Source: Mustelus asterias
Taxonomy: Eukaryota
Reading direction: 5' to 3'
Length of the DNA: 64,000 bases
NCBI RefSeq assembly: GCF_964213995.1
Contig: NC_135812.1
Location: 46,438,001-46,502,000, forward strand
Positions 12,130 to 23,806 of the stretch are shown here, piece after piece (the first letter of the stretch is position 1; each line of letters opens with the position of its first letter). Under the pieces are notes generated by a model. That model was not told the origin of the DNA, ran no database searches, and saw only the letters and a program-made list of their open reading frames with translations. The position numbers were made by a program, and so were the translations under genes.

Positions 12130-12385
12130 TTGTACATTCTCCTCGTGTCTGCGTGGGTTTCCTCCGGGTGCTCCGTTTCCTCCCACAGTCCAAAGATGTG
12201 CGGGTTAGGTTGATTGGCCATGCTAAAAATTGCCCTTAGTGTCCTGAGATGCGTAGGTTAGAGGGATTGGTGGGTAAATATGTAGGGATATGGGGGTAGG
12301 GCCTGGTTGGGATTGTGGTCGGTGCAGACTCGATGGGCTGAATGGCCTCTTTCTGTACTGTAGGGTTTCTATGATTTCTATGATC
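12130..12385 (+). mobile_element. 5'-truncated HE1-like V-SINE
   Basis: V-type core and ...GTAGGGTTTCTATGATTTCTATGA tail. Confidence 0.88.
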
Positions 12386-12819
12386 CTTAAATACAGACTC
12401 TAGCAATTTCCTAGCAACAGGTGTTAGGCTAACTACTCTATAATTCCCTGGTTTCCCACTGTCAACTTCCTTAAATAGCAGAATGTCATGTGCAACTTTA
12501 CAATCTAAAAAATGGTTTGCTAAATTGGATATGTTTACATCCCCTTTATTGTCAAATGCAAGCCTAGTATTACATATAGATTCACGGCTCTATATGATAA
12601 TTGAGCACACACTTGCGGAAATATTTTAAAATCAAGTATTAAATATAACTTTCATGGAACAAATGTTACATTTGTACAATGGAACACACAAAATTACCAA
12701 CGATACTCATCATTGAATCGCACATCATTGAATGGCCAATGAGCCCATCATGTCTGTGCTAGCACTTTGAAAGAGCTATCCAATTTATCCCAGTCCCCTG
12801 TGCTTTCCCAACAGTTCAA

Positions 12820-13095
12820 AGCACGGTGGCACAGTGTTTAGCACTGCTGCCTCACAGTGCCAGGGACCCAGGTTCGATTCCCAGCTTGGGTCACTGTCTG
12901 TGTGGAGTTTGCACATTCTCCCCATGTCTGCGTGGGTTTCCTCCAGGTGCTCCGGTTTCCTCCCATAGTCTGAAAGACCTGCTGGTTAGTTGCATTGACC
13001 TGAACAGGCACCTGTGTGGAAACTAGGGGAATTTCACAGTAACCTCATTGCACTGTTAATGTAAGTCTTACTTGTGACTAAGAAATAAACTTTTA
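12820..13095 (+). mobile_element. V-SINE variant with alternative (non-CR1) tail
   Basis: HE1-type head and core followed by ...ACTAGGGGAATTTCACAGTAAC...TTGTGACTAAGAAATAAAC; same tail at 38676, 58855 and 62218. Confidence 0.8.
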
Positions 13096-13439
13096 AACAA
13101 AGATTTCTCTTTCTCAAGTATCTATCCATGTCCACTTTTAAAACCATTGTTTAATCTACTTCCACCTTCAGGCTGTGCATTCCAATTGCATTAAACAATT
13201 TCTCCTCATCTCCCTTCTGGATCTTTTGTAAATTAGCTAAAATCTATGTCCTCCACTTAAGGACCCTTCCTGATTTCAGTCAATACTATATAGGTTGCAG
13301 CATTTGGTATTTAAAGGGGGCAATGGCAGGGATCACTCTTGCCTTTGATGTATCCAGCACGATATGCTGGACAAACAGAAACAGTTTGCGTGGTTCTTTC
13401 CACCGTTTTTTTTCAAACCTTCAAAAAGGGGACTCATTT

Positions 13440-13640
13440 GCATGAGTTTCCTCCGGGTATTCCGGTTTCCTCCCACAGTCCAAAGATGTGTGGATTAGGT
13501 TGATTGGCCATGCTAAATTGACCCTTAGTGTCAGGGGGATTAACAGGGTAAATACGTGGGGTGGGTGGGATTGTGGTTGGTGTAGTTTCGATGGGCCAAA
13601 TGGCCTCCTTCTGCACTATAGGGATTCTATGATTTCCATA
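13440..13640 (+). mobile_element. 5'-truncated HE1-like SINE
   Basis: V-type core and CR1-type tail. Confidence 0.82.
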
Positions 13641-14889
13641 AGTTAGAACTTGGCTGGCTCAAACAAAAATGAATCTAGCCACTTTGGTGGTTTCATCCGG
13701 AAATAATCCTCTTTTAATTCCAAAATCCATCCACTGTGGTAGTTCATGGAGTCCTGCCTTCTCATCTTGCCCCAAGCTTATGTAATGGTGCCCCTCAAGC
13801 TATATATAACTGATTGTTTCTCCAATGAAGAACGATGCCTATGCTGCTTTCTGGATTATAGCTAATTACCTAGTTCCAAAATCTGAAGCTAATGCTGTAA
13901 CATTCACATATTGTACAACACATTCTCTGTGGAGTCAGAAACTTACAAACACTTTAACATAAAAATCAGAGGCGTGTATAGAACTGTTTTCACCCAAATC
14001 TGTCTGATACAGCAGTGATCATAAAAATTCTTACGGCTACTTTCCAAAACTTTAGCCTGATATCAAGTACTAACTTATTTAGGAGTCAATAACTATGGCT
14101 TGAAAATGTAAACCAAGTGTTCCACCTGATGGGATTTGAATTATCCTGTATAGCAAACCATCTGCATGAAGCAAAATCCATTAGTACTGATCTTAATCCA
14201 ATGGGAATTCATTGGTGCTTGAAAAAATTCCTTGCTGAATAAATGTCCTCATTAACGGGTGACAACAACTAAGGACCATAGCTCATCGGCTAGAAAACTG
14301 CTGGTGAAAACCTACATCTTATTACTTTGAGGTGCTGCTCATTAAGCTAAAGGAGATACACAAAAATTTAAAAAAACTCAGAGGTTTTATACAGTTACGT
14401 AGATTTTGAATGGATGTAGTTTGGTGAGACAGGATCAGAATTTTTCCAAAATATGCCATACTTCCTTACCACATTCTATAATCATTGATTGGCCTGGTAC
14501 TAGGATATTGGAGCCATCGACAGCCTGTGTAGGCTTTCCCACTAAGGAGCCAGCATCTTCATAAGAGGGAGAGAATGGGAGAATCTGGATGGAAAATAAC
14601 CAGTTGCATTTTGCAAGAGAGGTTCAAATCCTGCCTGGGCAACAAGCTACTGAATGGAACCCATACCAGCGGAAAAGGGTATAGCAATACATCAAATGGT
14701 TCAGGAAAGTTTCACTATGATGCAGCATTAAACTAATATGCACATATTTAATGCCTGTAATACAGCAGATTATACTAAATTGTAGAGCAGTAACAAGTGC
14801 ACTACATTTGACTGATTAACATTAGCTGAATTTATTACATGGCAGCTTCACAGTTCTCAGGTCTTTTGCTCTTTCAGCTTGGTGTCCAA

Positions 14890-17362
14890 ACACTAAATTG
14901 CTGGCTTTAAATAGTGAAAATAGAAGGTTTAGAGAGGAATTGGCCAAGCAGATAAGAGAAGCAAAGGCAGAGTATGAGAAGGGACTGGCAGTTAACATGA
15001 AAGAGAATCCAAAGGTTTTCTGTAGGCACATAAATGGTAAAAGAGTGGTTGAAGGAGGAGTGGGGGCCATTAGCTAGCAAAAGGATGATTTACGGATGGA
15101 GGCAAGGGTCATGGCTGAAGTATTAAATTAATACTTTGCATCTGTCTTTACCAAAGGTGAAAATGCTGTGCAAGCAGATCGTGGTGAAGGAGATAGTTCA
15201 GACACTTGATGGGTTTAAAATTGAAAAGGCGTTATTGGATAGGATGTCTGCACTTAAAGTTATTTAAAAGAGCGGCATGTTTGCATGATTAGCACTGCTG
15301 CCTCACAGCGCCAGGGTCCCAGGTTCAATTCCGGCCTCAGGTCACTGTCTGTGCGGACTCTGCACGTTCTCTCCGTGTCTGCGTGGGTTTCCTCCGGGTG
15401 CACCAGTTTCCTCACACAGTCCAAGATGTGCGGGTTAGGCTGATTGGCCATGCTCAATTGACCCTAGTATCAGGGAGATTAGCAAAGTAAATGTATGGGG
15501 TTCCGGGAATAGGGCCTGGGTGGGATTGTGGTCGGTACAGACTCGATGGGCCAAATGGTCTCCTTCTGTACTGTAGGGATTCTATGAAAGTTGCTAAAGC
15601 ACCAGAACTGGGTGGGAAGCAGGAATAGATATTGCAGAGCCACTGGCCATAATTTTCCAATTTTCTTTAGACACAATGATGGTGCCAGACTGAAGAATTG
15701 TAACTGTTATACCTTGTTCAAAAAAAGGTGTAAAGCTAAACCTAGCAACTGTAGGTCAGACAGTTTAACCTTGGTTTTGGAATAGCATCTAGAACTGAAA
15801 ATTTGGGATAAACTTAATAGTCACTTGAGCAAATGCAGGCTAATTAAGGAAAACCAGTATAGATTTGTTGAGGGAAAATCATGTTTGGTTAACTTGTTTG
15901 AATTTTTTGATGAAGTAACAGAAAAGGTTGATGGTGGTAATGCTGTTGATGTGGTATAAATAGACTGCCAAAAAGCATTTGATAAACTGTTGCACAACAG
16001 ACTTGAAAGCAAAGTTAGAGCTCATGGAATAAAAGTGACAGTAGCAACATGAATGCAAAAGAATAGCAGTTAACAGTAATATTTTAGACTGGAGGAAGGT
16101 TTATACTGGTGTTCCCCAGGAGTAGGTGTTAGGGCCCTTGCTCTCCATCATATATTAGCAGCCTAGAACTTGGCGTACAGGGCACAACTTCAAAATGATA
16201 CAAAATTCAAAAGTATTGTGAACTGAAATGAAGATTGTGTAGACCTTCAGAAAATAAACGAACCAGGTTGGTGGAATGGGCAGACAAGTGGCAGATGAAA
16301 TTTAATGCAGAGAGGTGTGAGGTGATTAATTTTGGTAGCATAAACATGGAGACTGCTATGTGGGACAAATTTGGGTGAAACCAGCTAAATATGTGAATCT
16401 AATTTTAATCTCAAGGCACACCCAAGTTTCAGCATTACACAATAGTTTCAGACTTTGAAATTAGGTAAATTAGTGATCAATTAGGGCCATAGCCATCACT
16501 TCCCAATTCAGAGACAATTGGTTACATATAGCTTGAGGGACACTATTCCACAGGCTTATAGCAAGGCAAGGAGGCAGGCCTATATGGACTATCACAGTAC
16601 GTGATTTTTGGAATTAGTGGGTACTTATTTCTGAATGATGGAAAATAAAAGGGTACAATTGTAAAGGTGTGTAGCAGCAGAGACCGGAGTGTATATAGGC
16701 ATAACTCATTGAAGGTGGCAGGACAGGTTGAGAGAGGAGTTAATAAAGGATACGGCATCCTGGGTTTTAGCAAGAGAAGCATGAAATACAAAACCATGGA
16801 AGTTATGCTAAACCTGTACATTCTGGTTGTGTCCGGTTCTGGCTACCACACTTTCAGAAGGATGTAAAAGTATTAGAGAGAGTTCAGAAAAAAATCAGGA
16901 GAATCTTTCCAGGGATGAGAAACTTCAGTTAAGTAGATAGATTGGAGAAATGGGGGCTGTGCTTCTTGGAGAAAAGAAAGTTGAGAGAAGATTTGATGGA
17001 GATATTCAAAATCATGAGGGAGCTGGACTAAGTAGATCAGTAGAAACTGGTCCCATTGATGAAAAGGATTGAGAGCCAGAGGGCACAGATTTAAGGTAAA
17101 TAGCAAAAGAAATAATGGCAACATGAGGAAAACCTTTTTCATGCAGTAAACATTTAGGTCTGGAATGCGCTACTTCAGATGATGAAGAGGTGATGAAAAG
17201 GTATTGAAGAGGGAATTGAAATATTATCCGAAAAGAAAGAATGTACAGGGTTACAGGGAGAAGGCGTCCCCGCCTAAGTAAACTGCTTCTTCCAAGAGCC
17301 AGCACTGATAAGATGGGCCAAATGGCCTTCTTCTGTGGTGCAATCATTCAATTATTGTGATT
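14890..17362 (+). mobile_element. Degenerate CR1 ORF2 fragment with 3' end
   Basis: KENPKVF, NLFEFFDEVT, KAFDK, QMKFNAERCEV-like remnants; 3' UTR ...GATGGGCCAAATGGCCTTCTTCTGTG at about 17312-17340. Confidence 0.8.
15270..15586 (+). mobile_element. HE1-like V-SINE inserted in CR1
   Basis: Full head/core/tail; flanking AAAGTT duplication at 15256-15261 and 15587-15592. Confidence 0.9.
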
Positions 17363-19272
17363 CAACTAAACCAAACAAAGTCCTTCTTACCCAAGTTGAA
17401 GAATTGCATGGTGTCCCACCCTGTAGATTAACGCAAATGAGAAAGGCTGTTCTGCCATGTAATTTTAACTTGTTAAAACCAAATTAAAGCTAAAACTATA
17501 AGTTCGATGTTTTAGATGCAAATGAATGAATAGTAATAATAGAAGAAAAAAAACTTGAATTTATGCACTCTATCACAATGAAGCCCTGCTAACCACTGAT
17601 AAGCAACAACATCTTCTGTCTCGGGTGTTGAAAATGCAGAAGGAAATAGTCAATTAGTACTATGCCACTAGGTACGCAGAGTTATGTGTTCAATTGAATA
17701 ATCTATTCACAACATAGCATTGAGACAAAGATTTCCATTAATATTCTTCTTGAAAAATATTTAAATACTTTTACATTTATTTAGATTCCATGCCTGGGGA
17801 TATTACCTACAACAGTGAACAAGCAGGATGAGATTTTGCATATTTTGAAAAGAATAGAGTAAGAAATAATATTCAAGAAAACGTCATTTAGAGTGTCAAG
17901 CCGTTCTAAACACTTTCACCAATACCGTGGGTGAATTGCAAATTACTTCAGTCCTTCAATTTCCCCAGTTTTTAAGATGTAATGGCCATACCACCCAGTG
18001 AAAATCAGGAACCCCAAAGGAGGAAAGAAATCAATTGAAGGGAATTGGAGATGACGTACCCTTATGCTTCCAACCCTTAGATCTAAAGGAGATGAATGCA
18101 ATAGAGTCAGGCCTCTAATTGTGCAATAAATCATAAAGTTGCCAGGGCATCAAGAGTTAATTAGAATAGTTCTTTAAAATTGCTGCTGTTTTAATTAGCA
18201 ATCTGTGGCACCCACAATGAAACCATCACATGCTGCGGAAGGCCAGTGGGGAATTCTTTGTGGTACAGCTTTATTTTCACTTTCCTTCCTTCATTTTGTC
18301 TGAGTTTACTATTTATTTGTAAGAAACAGGATTGGACGAACAATTAATTCGCAGGACTATTTTATTTTTAAAGATTTCTTTGTTTTCTGCCGGGCAGTAG
18401 GTACAGGAAAAAATGCATGGTAATTAAATTGAAGTTTAATAACTGATTCAACCATCATGCAATTCAAAGTAATACAGTTGGCACTCCTACGTACTGTTTA
18501 ACTAAATATTAAATCACAAGCAATTGCTTCATGCTTTAATGAACAAGGACGGTTTCAATCGAACACAACACTGACTTGGCGACAGTAAACTCGGAACTTC
18601 CAATCAACCAACTGAAAGGAACTCTTAACCCAACACATTGTAGGAACCAAAGTACAATTCACATTCTACAGAGCCTGGTCTTTGTATTTTTCTCCCTCTC
18701 CTTCAACTCTATGACATATTACACAGACCGTACAATGTTGAGATAAATACCTCTCAGAGGATGTAATAAAGTGCTTTAGAAAAAAAAATAAGTCCTTGAA
18801 TGTCAGTTTACCGGAAATTGCCAAACTGTCCCAACTGAACACGCTCTCTTTACAAATCTCCCATCAGCGGTGCTAATTAGAATTCAGTTGCCCAGCAACA
18901 ATATGAACCGAGGCAGACGTTTGAACAAATTTGAGTTATCTCTTATCAAAAGAATCCAATAGAAACATTGTGATTCTGTCCCTGGTGTGAATTAAATGGA
19001 ATTACTCTGAAAGGTCCAGTGTAAACATTCACCTGGAGGATTTAATGTGGATTTACCGTGCATCTCCAGCTACGGTTGGGTTTAACTCAGGAGTTATTTC
19101 GGACAACAAGCTGTTCGGAAAGTGTGGCCCAAACTTTTCTTTTTAAAAATCAATGCTGCCCAGAAAATGGGTGGGGAAAACGTTATCATTTGAACGTATT
19201 GTCTGCACTTGGTTTTCGGGATTCCCCCTATACCAGCCCAGTGTGCAGCATGAATGCACCCAGCACACTTAC

Positions 19273-19520
19273 CCTTGTTCCTCCATCATCTCGTGGAGCT
19301 CCATGCATTTGAGCTCGACTCGTCTTTTCCGTTCGTGGTCCAGTATTTCTCGGTTGGCCTTTTTCACCACCAGCGTCGGTTCCATTTTCTTGGGGTCTTC
19401 TTCAGCAGTACACTCGGCGCCACTGTCCGGCCTTGGGCAGACTGCAGGCACGTTCCGCTGGCCGCAACCATTTGTGCAGCTTTCCCGAGGAGAGAGCGAG
19501 CCATCGCCGTTATTGTGCAT
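19273..19520 (-). CDS. SRRM3: First coding exon of a serine/arginine repetitive matrix protein with cwf21 domain, most like SRRM3
   Basis: MHNNGDGSLSPRESCTNGCGQRN...KKANREILDHERKRRVELKCMELHEMMEEQG matches the recalled SRRM3 cwf21 start (REILDHERKRRVELKCMELQEMMEEQG) better than SRRM2. Acceptor TTCCCTTGCAG| at 19550/19549, 29-nt UTR part with in-frame TAA, AACATG start at 19520, phase-2 donor GG|GTAAGT at 19273/19272. Confidence 0.85.
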
Positions 19521-20246
19521 GTTGATGACGAACGATTACCACTTCAACTCTGCAAGGGAAATACAAGAGAAAAAAACAGGACTTCAGTGTCATTCAATCC
19601 ACCATGAGATCATTCAAAGTGACGGGTTTGAACAGGAAGAGGGGCCGATTATGTCGGAGCCTTACTAGGGCACTATTTTAAGAGCAGGGCGGCGATTTTA
19701 TCTTTACCAAAACCTTTCCGGTGGAGAAGAGAGTGTCGAATTCAATAACATATCTGCCGTTTTACAAAGCCTGAAGCTGTTCATTATTAAATTCACTAAG
19801 TGACACCTGGTGGATAGGGTCGTACGGAACTAGTCCCAGCCTCGTTAATGATCTGCTAGTTTACCGAATGCATGGTGATTGCAGTTCAGTGATTCCGCTG
19901 GTTATTAACATGCATTGGAGATTACAGTGCTAAATTCAATTATGTCACTATTCCAGGAAGTATTACCGCTCAGCATAAACTCCACTGGTCAAGTATGTGG
20001 ATAACTGCCCAGATCCCAATGCAACTCTTTCAAACATACTGTACAGCCATACTCTACAAATACAATATCGTCATTAATCTAAAAATGTCTATTACCCATT
20101 CGCAGCCCCAACTTTAACCAGTCCGGTGCTGTTAGCATTGAGTCCAAACGTTCACAAAACCTATCACCATCCGTTGCGCTGGCCACAGCAAGCCCAGTTG
20201 ATACGTTGCTGAAATAAAGTAATGGAATTAGGAGTCTCTCTGTTGA

Positions 20247-20713
20247 GATACTGTCCACGGTGCTGAAAACTGGAACTCCTGGCGCTGTGCCGCTGTCCCG
20301 GGTCCAGAAAGCAGCTGCTTTTTGCCGTTGTCCGCGGTGCTGAAGAGAGGCTCCTGGCGCGGTGCCGCTGTCCAGGGTTCTGAAAGTAACTGTTTAGGTG
20401 CTGTCCACGGTTCTGAACAGGGGACTATTGGCGATGTGCCGCTGTCCAAGGTCCCGGAAGCAACTGTTTGACGCTGTCCACGGTGCTGAAAGCGGCAGCT
20501 CTCCAGCTCGATGTTGCTTTTCAACGCTGCTGAAGGCAGTTATCCGTGGAGTGTTGTTGTCCACGGTGCTAAAATCAGGAGCTCTCACTGCTGGGTTGCT
20601 ATCCACAGTGTTGATCAGACTTTAATCACAAGGTGCAAGTTTCCGAAGAGCTGCAGTATCCCGCTCTCACCATTTGTGGTGCAGTAAGGCGAAGCGCTGT
20701 GCAGGGTGCTGAC
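20247..20713 (-). promoter_or_regulatory. Tandem array of RE1/NRSE (REST-binding) motifs
   Basis: Minus-strand matches to TTCAGCACCnnGGACAG with cores starting (plus coordinates) at 20251, 20293, 20328, 20368, 20401, 20442, 20474, 20518, 20557, 20599 and 20697; e.g. TTCAGCACCGTGGACAGCGTC (20470-20490) and TTCAGCACCGTGGACAGTATC (20247-20267). Confidence 0.85.
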
Positions 20714-22764
20714 GCTGACTGCTCGCTATGCTTAACGCGGCTCTGATACCTCACTGATCCCTTCAGAAATCTGTCACGCCAATCTCTTGGTCAGATGGGA
20801 CAGACATACACCCTTTGAGCGTGACAGTGTGTCCGCCTGTGGAACTATCAATGTCGCCCGCTCCCGACCTCCGAAAATCTCTCTGAAGAAGAGCTCGAAA
20901 CGTGGCAGTTTAAACACTGAAAAAAGGTTTGCTTTGCCAGCTATCTGGTGTAATACTACGCGTCGACTGTTGCTAACACCTCACATATATAACTACAGCT
21001 CTCCACAGTACAGCGCGCACTTGACAACTCCCAAGCGGAAATTGGAGCTAAATCCTCCTTATGATATTAAAAGCCAGGCGCTATAATTAAAAATGTGTAG
21101 CATCGCCTCCCAACCGGTCAACTCGAATGTGGGGAAACAAAACAGGAAACGAAATTTGCAACTTCTACATTAGCTTAAATAGGACTTCCGTGCGAGATTT
21201 GGCGACTGTACAACTGGATCTATTCTTCGTTTCTTTTTTTAAAAAACAAAACTACATTTAAGCCCTACAGAAGCAATAAAGCTGGGATGTAATTATAACC
21301 CAGGCAGGAATAAATTCTCTTCAGGCTAACTCGTCACTTGCGTAAAACATAATCAGGTATTTCACTGAAAGGCAATCTGACGGTGCAAATGGAAGTGTGG
21401 AAGTGAAGACATACAGTTCCTACTTCTCTCTGAAATGAAAATGCCGCTTTCAATCGCCTGGTTTACCCACACCGTGCGGAAGAAAGGCCAAAGATCAAGA
21501 ATGCAATTTCTTCCAGTCCATTCCCATTGTATCTCCGCAGACCTCAAAATACAGGAAACTTAAGAGTTCATCATGCAGTTTGTCGCGTTTGTTACCCCCA
21601 CTGAACACAATTCCCGTCATCAAGATATCCTCGAACTTTCGTCTATCCTTGTAGTCATTTTATTCCTTATGGCTGATTTGGTAATCTCATTGACATCGAA
21701 ATGACAATACAGACTGAGGGAGTGAGGACTCGGCAAGCATGGCCGAATAAACAGCTTTTGATCAAATCCACAGAACGAACACAGCCGAATGTGAAAGGCC
21801 TCTGGCTCAGAGGTGTCTTTTGTCTGGTGGATTCAGGTTAAAGAGATATGCTCCCACTAACCACCGCCTCTCGATCAGTTCTTTTACTCCCCCCCCCACC
21901 CCCCGCCCACACAATAACACAACAAAAGCCACATCCAAACATCACTAAAGGTACTTGCTAAAATAAATCCCCCCCAAATAGTTGCTGAACTTCTGCTCAC
22001 ATCATGGGGAGATACTTTAACGTTAAGCAAAGCGCGTGTTTTGGGGTCTATTCACTCTGATCCCTCAGAGCTGCACATTAAGACAGTTTTCTGTAAAGTA
22101 TCGTATATTAAAGTGGGGATTACACAATCCTCAGGGTGAAACTACAATGCAACATTGTAGGAGCAAACGAACCATCGAAAATGTCTTCATTTCACGCCTT
22201 TGTATAAGAGAGCCACGATTCGCAAATGACCAATCTACGTCGGGCAGAACCCAAGTAGTCGCAGCTTCACTTGCAACAGCCCGTTGCACAGGGCTGTGCT
22301 CCCCTCCCCCTCTCCACCCCCCGCCGCACGTCAGCTCAGGGAAAGCATTCGTATAGCATTTCAATACCGATTTTCAGCTGTTTGTAAATTATTGATAGCA
22401 AAGAGAGAAGGTGTGACACCTTTCATCACTGGAAGATGATCAAGTGCACCTACCCAGCTATACAATGGTTCTCATGTATATTAGATGAGTCACATCATTA
22501 AAAGTTGAAGCAGGTAGGCCTGGATTCTATGTGAATTGCATTTTACCAGTTTCCTCTCCGAGAAACAAGCTAAGCTTAAAACATTGCTGCAGTAGCGCCC
22601 TAACACCCGACTCTTGTCTCTTTCCAATTCTAACAGGAGAAAGTGGAAATCTAGTTGAGAAGACCATCGCCAAGTCCCCATTGGTACACATTTGAAAACA
22701 TGACCTGACCACTATAGAACACATGGTACATTGTCAGGAACACTCTACTTCAGGATAACAAATA

Positions 22765-23125
22765 AACGACTTCCACTTATAGAGTGCTTTTCATCACCAC
22801 CAGATGTCTCAGTGCTATGTAGTTAATGAAGTACTGTTGGAGTGCAGTCAACTGTTGTAATGTAGGAAATACAGCAGTGAATTGCACACAGCAAGCACCC
22901 ATAAATAGCAATGTGATAAAGAGCAGATAATATTTTATATGATATTAATTGAGGGGTAACAATTGGTCAGATGATACCGGTGATATTTCATATGCTCTTC
23001 TTTGAAATTGTGCCATGGGAGTGTTTACATCCACCTAAGAGGGCAGCTAGGGCCTCCGTTTAATGCATCATCCAACAGACAACTCCTCTGACAGTGCAAC
23101 ACTCGCTCAACACTACACTGGAGGG
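22765..23125 (-). mobile_element. DeuSINE-like (SacSINE1/AmnSINE1-type) copy
   Basis: Minus strand ...GCACTGTCAGAGG...GGATGATGCATTAAACGGAGGCCC..CTGCCCTCTTAGGTGGATGTAAACACTCCCATGGCAC resembles the recalled Deu domain; L2-type tail ...AAAGCACTCTATAAGTGGAAG. Confidence 0.65.
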
Positions 23126-23149
23126 TGAAAAAGTTTTTTTTGTAGTTGT

Positions 23150-23806
23150 CATGGAATAAAAGGGACAAGGCAGCATAGGTACAAAGTTGGCTGAGTAATA
23201 GAAGACAGTTGTGGACAATTAGTTTTGGTTCCTGATGGGCTAGTATTAAAACCACTGCTTTTTATGGTGTACATTAATGGCGAGACAGGGCACACTTTCA
23301 AAATTAGAAGTTGCGAGGAGGATAGTGATGGATTTCATGAGGACATTGAAATGGGTGGACACATGGCAGATTATATTTAATGCAGAGAAGTGTAAAATTA
23401 TACATTTTGGTAAGAAGAATGAGGATGGACACTCTAATTAAATTGTATAATTCTAAAGGTGGTGCAGGAATAGAGAGGCGAGGGATCTTTGTGCACAAAT
23501 CATAGAAGGTGGCAGGGAAAGTTGATAAAGTGGTTAAAAAGGCATAAGGGATCCTGGGCTATATAAACAAAGGCATGGAGTACAAAAGCAAGGAAGTTAT
23601 GATGAACCTTTCAAAGATACTAATTCCATCTCACTGGAGTAGCGTGTTCAATTCTACCACACTTTAGAAAGGAAGTGAAGGCTTTGGAGAGTGGAAGAAA
23701 AGATTTAAGAGAATGGTTCCAGAAATGAGATACTTTAATTACAGGGACAGATTGGAGAAGCTGGAGTTGTTCTCCTTGGAGAACACAAGTTTGAGAGGAG
23801 ATTTGA
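23150..23806 (+). mobile_element. Degenerate CR1 fragment
   Basis: FNAEKC, LELFSLENTSLRGDL remnants. Confidence 0.75.

Larger units (their letters stand above)
10430..12510 (-). mobile_element. Old CR1 RT-region fragments interrupted by Penelope, LTR-like and SINE insertions
   Basis: Reverse complement of degenerate RT motifs (DFQKSFDKVP-like at 10815-10865, GVPQGS-like at 10670-10690, NYRxVSLT-like at 12420-12445). Confidence 0.6.

Noticed and set aside
1-19272. Next SRRM3 exon (expected to continue YSEEEIRQKV-like)
   Set aside because: Not found by eye; it probably lies outside the window, although a short exon could have been missed.
20247-20615. CRISPR-like repeat-spacer appearance
   Set aside because: Vertebrate DNA, degenerate repeats, mutually related spacers and no cas genes; the RE1 motif explains it.
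20228-20625. ORFs with repeated PWTA / LSTVL peptides
   Set aside because: They are translations of the RE1 array; spacings are not all multiples of three and no protein family is recognisable.
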